Shown here: positions 23,658-32,704 of the stretch, piece after piece
How the letters are laid out: each line of letters opens with the position of its first letter
How positions within the stretch are numbered: position 1 is the stretch's first letter
Assembly (NCBI GenBank): GCA_963796835.1
Contig: CAWCND010000022.1
Location: forward strand, 1-64,000
Reading direction: 5' to 3'
Source of the DNA: Candidatus Aminicenantes bacterium
GTDB taxonomy: Bacteria; Acidobacteriota; Aminicenantia; Aminicenantales; Saccharicenantaceae
Length of the DNA: 64,000 nt
Notes under the pieces: model-generated
The model's input: only the letters and a program-made list of their open reading frames with translations
What the model was told of the DNA's origin: nothing
Databases searched by the model: none
Program-made: the position numbers and the translations under genes

Positions 23658-24574
23658 GAAACGAAGACCTTCCGGCCGGAGAGGGCCGTCAAACCAACGG
23701 CGAGATGGGCCACGTTGAGCGCGTCCTCAGGCACGGAATTCAGGAGGCTGGAGAGCCTCTTCTTCAGCCGGTCGGCATCCCTTCCGTAGGTTTCGAGGCC
23801 CATGGCCGCCCAGGCGAGCCCGCACGGAGAGTCGATCTTTTCCTGGTTCTTATCGAGAAGATCCAGGCTGGCCCGGACCTTGCTGACAGCGACCTGGGAA
23901 TGAAGAGCGATGAGGGCGAGGCCGGTCGTGTCCCAAAAGGGAAGGAGCTCGCGGTCATTCAGGCCCGGGTTTCCGTAATTCCAGCCGCCCGAGGGGATCT
24001 CGCGGTCGAGAAGGAACGCCCTGCCCTCCGCGGCTCTGGGATGCCCCCCCAGACCGCAAACGTTGAGGGCGATGAGCGACCAGGCCGTCGGTTCAACCCA
24101 GCCGAACGTGCGAGGCACCCACGGCCAGCCGGTCAGCAAATTGTTCTGCCTGAGTCGGGGGTCATTTGGGATCGTCACCGACTTCAGAGAAATTACGAAG
24201 CCGAGGGCCCGGTCGCGATCGTCCTTCAGGCCGAACCGGTGAAAGACGACAGCCGCGAGGGCCGTCAGCCATAGCCCCTGATCTCGATGGGCGGGGTTGA
24301 TGGCGATGGACCCGTCGGGGTTCTGGAGCTTCGTCACCCAGGCGAGCAGGGGGTTCGTTTTTCCAGGAGGAGCGCCGGAGACCGAAAGGGCCAGGAGCGT
24401 CTGGAGCGCCGGCTCCGCGGAAGGCCCGCCGCCTTTATAGTATGGGACGCCGCCTCCGGCGAGGAAAAAAGAGCCCAGCCGTTTGATGAGGGCGGCATTT
24501 TCAGGCGCGGCTGTCATTCGCTTCCTATTATACACGCGATTCCCGGAGCACGATACGAGATCCGGAGTTTTCAT
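23654..24574 (-). CDS. Prenyltransferase/squalene-cyclase-like (alpha/alpha-toroid) repeat protein
   Basis: Repeats of the type QNPDGS...GGWNYG. 4-nt overlap with the DUF362 gene downstream. Confidence 0.5.
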   Translation of the reverse strand: MKTPDLVSCSGNRVYNRKRMTAAPENAALIKRLGSFFLAGGGVPYYKGGGPSAEPALQTLLALSVSGAPPGKTNPLLAWVTKLQNPDGSIAINPAHRDQGLWLTALAAVVFHRFGLKDDRDRALGFVISLKSVTIPNDPRLRQNNLLTGWPWVPRTFGWVEPTAWSLIALNVCGLGGHPRAAEGRAFLLDREIPSGGWNYGNPGLNDRELLPFWDTTGLALIALHSQVAVSKVRASLDLLDKNQEKIDSPCGLAWAAMGLETYGRDADRLKKRLSSLLNSVPEDALNVAHLAVGLTALSGRKVFVS

Positions 24575-24597
24575 CCATCCCCGGGACCCTGGAGGGG

Positions 24598-24630
24598 ATA
24601 AAAAAAGGGGGCGGCGTTGCCGCCGCCCCG
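24598..24630 (-). terminator. Rho-independent terminator downstream of the pilin gene
   Basis: Minus-strand GGGGCGGCG-GCAA-CGCCGCCCC stem-loop followed by TTTTTTT. Confidence 0.8.
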
Positions 24631-24659
24631 TGAAGAACCGTAAGGATCAGGTCCTGCGA

Positions 24660-25229
24660 TCAGGTGCCGGCGCCCGTCGCGATGAGGGACGTGCGCGGCC
24701 CGACGATCCAGTTGCCGTTCCAAGCAACCAGGTCGTTGTCAAAGTCGCTCATCTTGCTGACGTTGTAGAACCCGGCTTCAGGAGTGCTCGTGGTATAGTT
24801 GGTAACACTGATAGGGCCAACTATCTTGTCCCTTCCATAGGAAGAAACCACGAAATCGTCCGTCCCGACATCCGTCGTGTCGCTGATGACTCCTGAAACT
24901 GCGGCCTGCCCGGTATACACGTTGTAAGGCGTGTTCCACGGATCATTGATGGGGCAGATCTTCAGGTAGAAGGTCGCCACCGCCGTGGGGAATACATCCG
25001 TGGATCCCGTCAGGGCTCCGTTCTGGAGCACGTTCGTCCAGTCGCCGTGGTCCGTGATGTAGTCGGCCGCGGCCGTGGACATGGACATGATTTCCTTCAT
25101 GCACGATTTCTGCTTCGCCTTCTGGATGGCTTCCAGGGCATTCGGAATGAGCAGAGCGGCCAGGATGCCGATGATCGCGACAACGATCAGCAGCTCGATG
25201 AGGGTGAATCCTCTCATCTTCTTGAGCAT
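24660..25229 (-). CDS. pilA: Type IV pilin / pseudopilin with prepilin N-methylation signal
   Basis: MLKKMRG^FTLIELLIVVAIIGILAALLIP is a class III signal peptide. Follows a sigma-54 promoter and sits next to pilSR. Confidence 0.8.
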   Translation of the reverse strand: MLKKMRGFTLIELLIVVAIIGILAALLIPNALEAIQKAKQKSCMKEIMSMSTAAADYITDHGDWTNVLQNGALTGSTDVFPTAVATFYLKICPINDPWNTPYNVYTGQAAVSGVISDTTDVGTDDFVVSSYGRDKIVGPISVTNYTTSTPEAGFYNVSKMSDFDNDLVAWNGNWIVGPRTSLIATGAGT

Positions 25230-25301
25230 TTTAAAACCTCCTTTTCCTTGCTGTTTTTCTCAGTCAAGGTTTGTTAAGCTCAATTGACGCTCTATAATAG
25301 A

Positions 25302-25316
25302 GCAATATCCGTGCCA
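25302..25316 (-). promoter_or_regulatory. Sigma-54 (RpoN) promoter: TGGCACG-GATA-TTGCT on the minus strand, driving the pilin gene
   Basis: Exact -24 GG / -12 GC consensus with correct spacing, about 73 nt upstream of the pilin ATG. AAAGGAGG RBS in the leader. Adjacent gene encodes a sigma-54 activator. Confidence 0.8.
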
Positions 25317-25373
25317 AGTTGACATGTATTTATAACTTATTGATATATATAAAGATAATATCGATGTGATCTT

Positions 25374-25395
25374 TCTACTTTTGAACAAAAGTAGA
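25374..25395. promoter_or_regulatory. Perfect 9-bp inverted repeat TCTACTTTT-gaac-AAAAGTAGA, ~60-80 bp upstream of the sigma-54 promoter. Candidate enhancer/UAS for PilR.
   Basis: Palindrome in the most AT-rich ~200 bp of the window. Position is appropriate for a bacterial enhancer-binding protein site. Confidence 0.4.
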
Positions 25396-25428
25396 CGATT
25401 ATTGTCTTTATGTGACATTTTTTGCCAT

Positions 25429-26844
25429 TTATCCATCGACCTTTTCCTCAAGAAGCGCCTTTTTGTCATTCTTCCTGACCTTGTTCAGGTTGTACTTCCC
25501 GATCAGGTAACGCATCGTCCTGTAGCTGATGCCGAGAAGCGGTGCGGCCTTCTGGATGCTCCCTGCCGTGGCCATGAGGGCCTGGCCGACGTAGTTCTTG
25601 GCCACGTCGTCGAGGTACCCCGTCAGGTTGAAACCCGGCTCGAAGAAGTAATTCGTATCGGGCTTGCCTTTCTGGGGGGAGACGACCTCCTTGGGCAGGC
25701 AGCCCACTGTCACGGTCTCCCTGTCCTCGATGGCCACGATCCGCTCGATGACGTTCTCGAGCTCGCGGATGTTCCCCGGCCAGGCATAGGCCTCGAGCAG
25801 CCCGATGACCTCGGGGGTGAATCTTTTGGTCTTCTTCCCCAGCCGGTCGCAGTGCTTCTGGAGGAAATGGGTCACGAGAAGGGGGATGTCCTCGGTCCGC
25901 TTCCGGAGGGGCGGCATGTCGAACGAGATGACGTTCAGCCGGTAGAACAGCTCCTCCCGGAACTTCCCCTCCTGGATCCTTTTCTTAAGGTCCTGGTTGG
26001 TGGCGGCGATGATCCGGACGTCGACCGGGATCTCTTCCGTTCCCCCGACCCGTCGGACCTGCCGCTCCTGGATGGCCCGCAGGAGCTTGACCTGGGTCCA
26101 GGGCGACATCTCGCCCACCTCGTCGAGGAAGAGCGTCCCCCGCTGGGCGACCTCGAACATCCCCTTCTTGTCGGCCACCGCCCCGGTAAAGGAGCCCCTG
26201 GTGTGGCCGAAGAGCTCGCTCTCGAGGAGGTTCTCCGGCAGAGCGGCACAGTTGATGGAGACGAACTGATGGTCGTGGCGGCCGCTCTGAAAATGGATGG
26301 CCCGGGCGGCCATCTCCTTGCCCGTCCCGCTCTCCCCCGTGACGAGGACGGTCGAGTCGGTGGAAGCCACTTTCTCGATCAGGATGTAGATCTCCTGCAT
26401 GGACCGGCTCTTGCCGATCATGTTCTCGAAGCTGTAGCGCTCCTTGAGGTCCCGCTTGAGGAGGATATTCTCCTGCCTGAGCCGGCGCTCGGCCAGTCCC
26501 CGGCCGACGATGATCTTCAGCTCCTCGACGTCGAACGGCTTGACGACGTAGTCCAGCGCCCCGGCCTTGAGGGCCTCGACGGCCTGGGCGATGCTTCCGT
26601 AGGCCGTGATCATGACCACCGGGACGTCCGGGTGATTCTCCCGGACGAGCTTGAGGACCTCCATGCCGTCGGTCTCGGGCATCTTGATGTCCGTCACGAC
26701 CAGGTCGATGTCGCCCTTTTCGAGGACATCGAAGCCCGCGGCCGCCGATTGCGCGGCCCTGACCCCGTAGCCTTCTTTCTTGAAAACGACCGAGAGGAGG
26801 TCGAGGAGGCTCTTTTCGTCGTCGATGATCAGGACGTTTTCCAT
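25429..26844 (-). CDS. pilR: Sigma-54-dependent response regulator, NtrC/PilR family (receiver + AAA+ + Fis-type HTH)
   Basis: Receiver domain (IIDDE...D). AAA+ sigma-54 activation domain with GESGTGKE and the GAFTGA-like ESELFGH motif. C-terminal HTH. Start taken at MENVLIIDDE. Confidence 0.85.
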   Translation of the reverse strand: MENVLIIDDEKSLLDLLSVVFKKEGYGVRAAQSAAAGFDVLEKGDIDLVVTDIKMPETDGMEVLKLVRENHPDVPVVMITAYGSIAQAVEALKAGALDYVVKPFDVEELKIIVGRGLAERRLRQENILLKRDLKERYSFENMIGKSRSMQEIYILIEKVASTDSTVLVTGESGTGKEMAARAIHFQSGRHDHQFVSINCAALPENLLESELFGHTRGSFTGAVADKKGMFEVAQRGTLFLDEVGEMSPWTQVKLLRAIQERQVRRVGGTEEIPVDVRIIAATNQDLKKRIQEGKFREELFYRLNVISFDMPPLRKRTEDIPLLVTHFLQKHCDRLGKKTKRFTPEVIGLLEAYAWPGNIRELENVIERIVAIEDRETVTVGCLPKEVVSPQKGKPDTNYFFEPGFNLTGYLDDVAKNYVGQALMATAGSIQKAAPLLGISYRTMRYLIGKYNLNKVRKNDKKALLEEKVDG

Positions 26845-26854
26845 CGTCGTTGCC

Positions 26855-28171
26855 TCAATTCTCAGCAGTTTGGCGGGCCGGGAGCGTGATGACCACCTCG
26901 GTCCCGTGGTCGAGCTCCGACCGGATGTCGATCCGCCCGTCGTAGTCGTCCACGATCCGGCGGACGACGGCCAGCCCCAGTCCGCGGCCACCCTCGAACC
27001 CCGAGTGGAAGGGCTCGAAAAGGTGCTCCTTTTCCTCCGGGGACATGCCCTTGCCCGTGTCGGAGAACCGGAGCTCGATCTCGCTCTTCCGCGGCCCCAG
27101 GAAATCGATGTTCAGGACGCCGCCGCCCGGCATGGCCCGGATCGCGTTCTTGATGATGTTCCAGAAGACCTGCTTGAACTGGCCCGGGCTTCCATAGTAA
27201 TGGAGCCCCGAGGCCAGGAAGTTGCCTTGGACTTGGACGCGGCCGTTGAGCTCGCCTCCGGCCTTGAGGATCTTGAGCGTCTCGTCAAGGAGCTCGGGGA
27301 GGCTGATCACGGAAAAGACCTGCTTGGTCGGCAGGGCGAAATCCAGGAACTGGTCGAGGTTGTGGGAGACCCTCTCGGATTCCTTGAGGACGATCTCCAT
27401 AAGGTCGCGTTGCTCCGGGTTGAGGGCGAGCTCCTTTTTCAGGACCTGGACGGACCCCGAAATGGCGGCCAGGGGATTGCGGATCTCGTGGGCCAAGCTG
27501 GCCGAGACACGCCCGGCCTCGGATAGCCGCTCCCGGACGAGGAGCTCCCGTTGGGCCTCATGGAGGGCCAGCCGCGTCTTCCTGAGCCTCCCGGCCAGGG
27601 AATTCGTCAGGAAGGCGATGAGGAAAAAGGCGCTCCAGGGGACGAAAATCAGATAGAGGACGGAGCCGAGCGTCATCCCGGCCGTCGCGTCGGCGCCCGT
27701 CCGCGGGATGACGCCCAGGTAGATCCCATCCACCAGGCCGCCGAAGAGGATGGCCGCCAGGCTCGCCGTCAGGTAGGAGGCCCGGTTGGAAAGGACGAGC
27801 GCGGCCCCCATGATCGGAAAGACGTAGAGGAAATAGGCTGAACTCGAGATCCCGCCCGTGGCGTAGACGAGGGCGGTGATCAGGACGAGGTCCATGATGA
27901 CCTGGACGTAGGCCTGGACGGCCGGATAGCGTCCCCAGTAATAAAAGAGGACGTAGGCGGCCGACAGGGCGTAGGCCGCAAGAATGATCTCGATGAAGGG
28001 GATGAACGAGAAGCTGAAGGAGGCCGAGTACTCGATGGCGAGGGCGAGAAGGAGAAGGAGGGTCACGATGATCCCCCTGAAGATGATCATCAGGAGGATG
28101 CTTCTGCGGTCGTCCTTGTCCTTCATGACATCGTCCCTAGCCTCGTCTTGATATTCCTCGACTTTTCGCAT
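26855..28171 (-). CDS. pilS: Membrane sensor histidine kinase (PilS-like)
   Basis: Six or so N-terminal TM helices. H-box ASLAHEIRNPLAAI. HATPase motifs (GGGLGLAVVRRIV). Confidence 0.8.
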   Translation of the reverse strand: MRKVEEYQDEARDDVMKDKDDRRSILLMIIFRGIIVTLLLLLALAIEYSASFSFSFIPFIEIILAAYALSAAYVLFYYWGRYPAVQAYVQVIMDLVLITALVYATGGISSSAYFLYVFPIMGAALVLSNRASYLTASLAAILFGGLVDGIYLGVIPRTGADATAGMTLGSVLYLIFVPWSAFFLIAFLTNSLAGRLRKTRLALHEAQRELLVRERLSEAGRVSASLAHEIRNPLAAISGSVQVLKKELALNPEQRDLMEIVLKESERVSHNLDQFLDFALPTKQVFSVISLPELLDETLKILKAGGELNGRVQVQGNFLASGLHYYGSPGQFKQVFWNIIKNAIRAMPGGGVLNIDFLGPRKSEIELRFSDTGKGMSPEEKEHLFEPFHSGFEGGRGLGLAVVRRIVDDYDGRIDIRSELDHGTEVVITLPARQTAEN

Positions 28172-28209
28172 GAGCGCCCCGGCGCCGGTCCGCCCGGATT
28201 TCGATCCCT

Positions 28210-29412
28210 TTAGAACTTCGAGATCAGGCTGAAGATCGGCAGGTACATGGAAACGACCAGGCTGCCGACGATCCCGCCGACGAAAATGAGCATGATCGGC
28301 TCCATGACCGAAAGAAGGGCCGCGACGCTCGTCTCGACTTCTTCATCATAGAAGCTCGCGAGCTTGCTGAGCATTTCGTCGAGCGTTCCGGTCGCTTCGC
28401 CGACGTTGATCATCTGGAGCATCATCAGCGGGAAACGGCCGGATTCCCGGAAGGCTTCGTTCATGGTCTTCCCTTCCGAGACGAGCTTCCGAGCGTCCAT
28501 GATCTCCTTCTCGATGAGGACGTTCCCCGCCGTCGAGGACGTGATCTTGAGGGCCTCGAGCATGGGCACGCCGCCGGAGATGAGGGTGCTCAGCGTCCGC
28601 GTCACGCGGGTCATGGCCACCTTGTAAAGGAGCGAGCCGAACAGGGGGATCTTCAACATCAGGCGGTCCGTGGTCCAGCGCCCCTGGGTCGTGTTGCGGT
28701 AATAACGGAACGCAAAGAACAGGCCGATGAGCCCGAGGAAGATAAAGAGGATGTAGTTCTGGACGAAATTGCTCAGCTTGATGATGACCGCGGTCAGGAG
28801 CGGAAGTTCGGCTCCCAGGTCCCGGAAGATCGAGGCGAAGACGGGGATGACCTTCCAGAGGAGGAAGATGCTCACCACGACCGCGAAGATCAGGATGGCC
28901 ACGGGATAGATCATGGCCTGCCGGACCTGGCCTCTCAGCTTGACGGTCCGTTCGATGTACTCGGCCAGGCGGCGGAGCATGACGTCGAGGGAGCCGCTCT
29001 GCTCGCCCGAAGCCACGAGGTTGCAGTAGAGGTCATCGAAGACCTTGGGGTGCTTCCGCTTGGCCTGGTTCAGGGTCGAGCCCGCCTCGACGTCTTCCTT
29101 GATGGTCCGGATGACGGTCCTGAAGTACTTGTTCTTCTGCTGTTCCTCGAGGATGCTCAGGCTCTGGATCAGGGGCAGCTCGGCGTCGATCAGGACCGAG
29201 AGCTGGCGGCTGTAAACGGCCAGTTCCTTGAGCCGGACCTTTTCCCGTTTCAGGAACGGGATCTGGAATCCCTTCTTGACGGGGGCGATGCTGGTGACCG
29301 TGATCTGGTCCTTCTGGAGGGCCCTCGTCAGCTCCTCGGTCGAGGCGGCGATCCGCTCGCCGCCCACCTGGTCTCCGTACCGGTTCTTGCCTTTCCATGC
29401 ATATGTCGGCAT
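28210..29412 (-). CDS. pilC: Type IV pilus assembly platform protein PilC (GspF family)
   Basis: About 400 aa with duplicated GspF-like domains and 3 TM segments. Opens MPTYAWKGKNRYGDQVGGE. Confidence 0.85.
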   Translation of the reverse strand: MPTYAWKGKNRYGDQVGGERIAASTEELTRALQKDQITVTSIAPVKKGFQIPFLKREKVRLKELAVYSRQLSVLIDAELPLIQSLSILEEQQKNKYFRTVIRTIKEDVEAGSTLNQAKRKHPKVFDDLYCNLVASGEQSGSLDVMLRRLAEYIERTVKLRGQVRQAMIYPVAILIFAVVVSIFLLWKVIPVFASIFRDLGAELPLLTAVIIKLSNFVQNYILFIFLGLIGLFFAFRYYRNTTQGRWTTDRLMLKIPLFGSLLYKVAMTRVTRTLSTLISGGVPMLEALKITSSTAGNVLIEKEIMDARKLVSEGKTMNEAFRESGRFPLMMLQMINVGEATGTLDEMLSKLASFYDEEVETSVAALLSVMEPIMLIFVGGIVGSLVVSMYLPIFSLISKF

Positions 29413-29442
29413 CTTTCACCTCGCTTTTCTTGGACGTCCCGC

Positions 29443-30552
29443 TCATTTCCTCGAGGATCCCGCCGCGGCCGGAATCTTGGTTCCCTCACGGCGCTGGATG
29501 ATATCGGTCAGCTCTTCGGGGAAGGACGAGACGCCCATCGCCATATCGAGACTGATCAGCTTCCGGAAATACAGGTTGGCCAGGGATTGGTTGAACGTCT
29601 GCATCCCGAACTTCTCCTGGCCCATCTGCATGGCCGAATAGATCTGATGGATCTTGTTCTCCCGGATGAGGTTCCGGATGGCCGGGTTCGGGATCATGAT
29701 CTCCATGGCCAGGACGCGGCCCTTGCCGTCGATCCGGGGCAGGAGGGCCTGGGTCAGGACCGCCTCGAGCGACATCGACAGCATGATCCGGATCTGGGTC
29801 TGGTACTGGCTCGGGAAGATGTCGATGATCCGGTTGATGGATTCGACGGCCGAGTTCGTGTGGAGAGTCGAGAAGGTCAGGTGGCCCGTTTCCGCGACCC
29901 GGAGCGTGGCCTCGACGGTTTCGAGGTCGCGCATCTCGCCGACGAGGACGACGTCCGGGTCCTCGCGCAGGACGGACCGCAGGGCGTTCCCGTACGACTG
30001 GGTGTCGCCGAAGAGCTCGCGCTGGTTGATGATCGCCTTCCTCGGCGAGAAGTAATACTCGATGGGGTCCTCGATGGTGATGACGTGGACGGCCCGCTCA
30101 TGGTTGATGTGCTCGATCATGCAGGCCAGGCTCGTCGACTTGCCGCAGCCGGTCGGCCCGGTGACGAGGACGAGGCCTCGGGGCAGGTAGCAGAGCTGTT
30201 GGACGCGCTGGGGGATCCCGAGCTGGGCGAAGCTCCACATCGTCGGGAGGAACCGGCGGAAGGCCCCCGCCACCGCGCCCTTCTGCATGAAGACGTTGGC
30301 CCGGAAGCGGCCGAGGTCCTTGACGCCGAAGGAGAAGTCGAGCTCCCACTTGTCCTCGAAGAGCTTCTTCTGCTTGTCCGTCATGATGCTGTAGATGATC
30401 TCTTTGGTTTCGGCGGGCGACAGGGGGGGGTGCTCGATGTCCTTGAGCATCCCGTGGACGCGGAGCCGCGGAGCGATGTATGTCGTGATGTGGAGGTCGC
30501 TCGCGTCGGCCTCCACGCATTCCTTCAGAAGCTCGTACATTGCTTTAGCCAT
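29443..30552 (-). CDS. pilT: Twitching-motility retraction ATPase PilT
   Basis: 369 aa. Walker A GPTGCGKST. PilT-typical AIRNLIRE motif. Confidence 0.85.
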   Translation of the reverse strand: MAKAMYELLKECVEADASDLHITTYIAPRLRVHGMLKDIEHPPLSPAETKEIIYSIMTDKQKKLFEDKWELDFSFGVKDLGRFRANVFMQKGAVAGAFRRFLPTMWSFAQLGIPQRVQQLCYLPRGLVLVTGPTGCGKSTSLACMIEHINHERAVHVITIEDPIEYYFSPRKAIINQRELFGDTQSYGNALRSVLREDPDVVLVGEMRDLETVEATLRVAETGHLTFSTLHTNSAVESINRIIDIFPSQYQTQIRIMLSMSLEAVLTQALLPRIDGKGRVLAMEIMIPNPAIRNLIRENKIHQIYSAMQMGQEKFGMQTFNQSLANLYFRKLISLDMAMGVSSFPEELTDIIQRREGTKIPAAAGSSRK

Positions 30553-30574
30553 GGGTTCCTCCTCGGATCTTTCC

Positions 30575-32304
30575 TCATTCGTCCCGGACGGTCTCGCGCA
30601 GGACTTCCTCGACCGACGTGATCCCGCCCTTGATCTTGGTCAGCCCGCTCCGCCTCAGGGTCAACATCCCCTTCTCGATGGCCTTCTTTTTGATCTCGCG
30701 GGACTGGGCCCGGGAGAGGATCATCTCCCGGATGTCCTCGTCGATCTTCATGGCCTCGAAGAGGGCCGTCCGGCCCTTGTATCCGGTCTTGTTGCAGGCG
30801 TCGCAGCCTTTCGGCCGCAGGGCGTGCATCGCCCTTGAGCTCGTCTTTCCGGAAGCCCATTTCGAGCAGGGCGCTCTCGGGCAGGCTGTGGGGCTGGGCG
30901 CATTTCTTGCAAAGGCGGCGGATGAGCCGTTGGGCCACGATCGAGGATGACGGAGTCGGCGATCAGGAAGGGCTCGATGTTCATGTTGACCAGACGGGTG
31001 ATGGAGCTCGCGGCATCGTTCGTATGGATGGTGGAGAAGACAAGGTGGCCGGTCAGGGCGGCCTTGATCGCGACGTCCACGGTCTCCTGGTCGCGCATTT
31101 CGCCGACGAGCATGATGTCGGGATCCTGCCGCAGGAAGGTCCGGAGACAGGCGGCGAACGTCAGCCCGATCTCTTCCCGGATCGGCACCTGGTTGATTCC
31201 CTGGATGTTGAACTCGACAGGGTCTTCTGCGGTCATGATGTTCATGTCGAGCGAATTGAGGGTCGAGACGGCGGAGTAGAGGGTGTTCGTCTTGCCGCTT
31301 CCCGTCGGGCCCGAGACAAGGATGATCCCCCAGGGCCGGTGGATGGCTTCCTGGAAGAGCGCCAGGGACTCCTCCTCGAACCCGAGCTGGGTCAGGTCGA
31401 GCTTGAGCATCTCCTTGTCCAGGATCCGGGCGACGACCTTCTCCCCGCACATCGTCGGGATCGACGAGACGCGCATGTCGACTTCCTTCTTCTTGCCGTT
31501 ATCGAGCTTGACCCGCATCTTGATCCGGCCGTCCTGGGGGAGGCGCTTCTCGGCGATGTCCATGGTCGAAAGGATCTTGACCCGGGACACGACCGGGTTC
31601 CTGAACTTGAGCGGCAGGTTCACGATCTCGTAGAGGTCGCCGTCGATCCGGTACCGGACGCGGAAGGTGTTTTCGTAGGGTTCGAAGTGGACGTCGCTCG
31701 CCCCCTGCTTGACGGCGTCGATGAAGGTCTGGTTGACGAGCTTGATGATCGGGGCCTCTTCGGCCTCGGCTTCGAGCTCGTGGAGGTCGGTTTCCTCCGG
31801 CTCCACCTCGACGATATTGATCCGGCCCTCATCGGCGAGCTCGATGTCCTCGACGATCTTCTTGACCCGGATGCTGTCGGTCGAGCCATAGTACTTGTTG
31901 ATGGCGTTCATGACGCCGGACTCGGAGGCGATGACGGGCTGGATGCTGAGGCCCGTCCGGAACCGGATGTCCTCGATGACCTCGAGGTCCGTCGGGTCGA
32001 CCATGGCCAGGGTCAGGAACGTCCGGATCCGGTGGATGGGCATGACCGAGTACTTCTTGGCCACATCGTTGGGGATCAGGTTGATGACCTCGGGATAGAC
32101 CTCGAACTGGTCGAAGTCGATGTAGGGATAGCCGAGCTGGCGGCTCAGGGCCTGGGCGATCTCCTCTTCAGAGATGTAGCCGAGCTGGACGAGAGACGTG
32201 CCGACAGGCAGGCTGTTCTTCTTCTGGAAATCGCTCGCGGCCTTCAGCTGGTCGGCCGTGATGATCTTCTCTCTTAACAGAAGTTCGCCCAGGTTAGATG
32301 CCAT
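30575..32304 (-). CDS. pilB: Type IV pilus assembly ATPase PilB (GspE family). C-terminal third interrupted by two apparent frameshifts (~30945 and ~30835).
   Basis: N-terminal GSPII_E_N domain (MASNLGELLLREKIITADQLKAA...). Walker A GPTGSGKT. The tetracysteine tail ...LAQRLIRRLCKKCAQPHS...CDACNKTGYKGRTALFE... is in two other frames. Confidence 0.8.
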
Positions 32305-32326
32305 TTTTAAATCCCAATCTTACGGG

Positions 32327-32346
32327 TTTTGACAACTCCTGTCAAA
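32327..32346. promoter_or_regulatory. Perfect inverted repeat TTTGACA-actcc-TGTCAAA, 23 bp upstream of the pilB ATG. Possible operator and/or -35 of a pilB promoter (rc gives TTGACA, 17-nt spacer, TAAGAT).
   Basis: Palindromic sequence overlapping a -35-like hexamer on both strands. Confidence 0.3.
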
Positions 32347-32620
32347 CCTTTTAGTCTCCCAATCGGGCCCTTTTTACTAACGTTCGCGGCCCCTTTTTTT
32401 CTCTGTAAGGTCCGATGATTACTGAGGGGCATATCCACGGCTCCGATGAGGCCCAGTTTCTCCGATGAGCCATTTTCCGTCAATCACCGGGGGTGAGCAT
32501 AGGCTGGGTGAAATTTACAAATTTTGTCTCACCCCCCGCGGCGAGATGGGTCCCCTTTTCCGGGGTTAGGGACGGACCGCCAAAGACGGCAGCGGATGGG
32601 ATCTCCTCATGATGGGAAAC

Positions 32621-32665
32621 GCGCGCCTGGAGGGAATCGAACCCCCGGCCCGCGGACGAGAAGGC
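32621..32665. repeat. Degenerate copy (copy C) of the 3' ~45 nt of tRNA-Arg: T-arm plus acceptor 3' strand
   Basis: GCGCGCCTGGAGGGAATCGAACCCCCGGCCCGCGG... The reverse complement reads ...GGGCCGGGGGTTCGATTCCCTCCAGGCGCGC. Closely related to the copy at 34921-34971 and to tRNA 39335-39407. Confidence 0.6.
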
Positions 32666-32704
32666 CGCCGAGCCGCCTTCTCAGGAGATCATTCGTGGCT
32701 AGCT

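Noticed and set aside
25284-25299. TTGACG...TATAAT on the plus strand, looking like a sigma-70 promoter
   Set aside because: The hexamers are separated by only 3 nt (17 +/- 1 needed). No plus-strand gene follows. The real signal here is the minus-strand sigma-54 promoter.
29050-30621. 523-aa plus-strand ORF
   Set aside because: Antisense to pilC/pilT. No motifs. Composition-driven.
32360-32400. GGGCC...GGCCC stem followed by TTTTTTT on the plus strand upstream of pilB
   Set aside because: No plus-strand gene precedes it. The loop is long (19 nt). Likely coincidental or part of the pilB upstream regulatory region.
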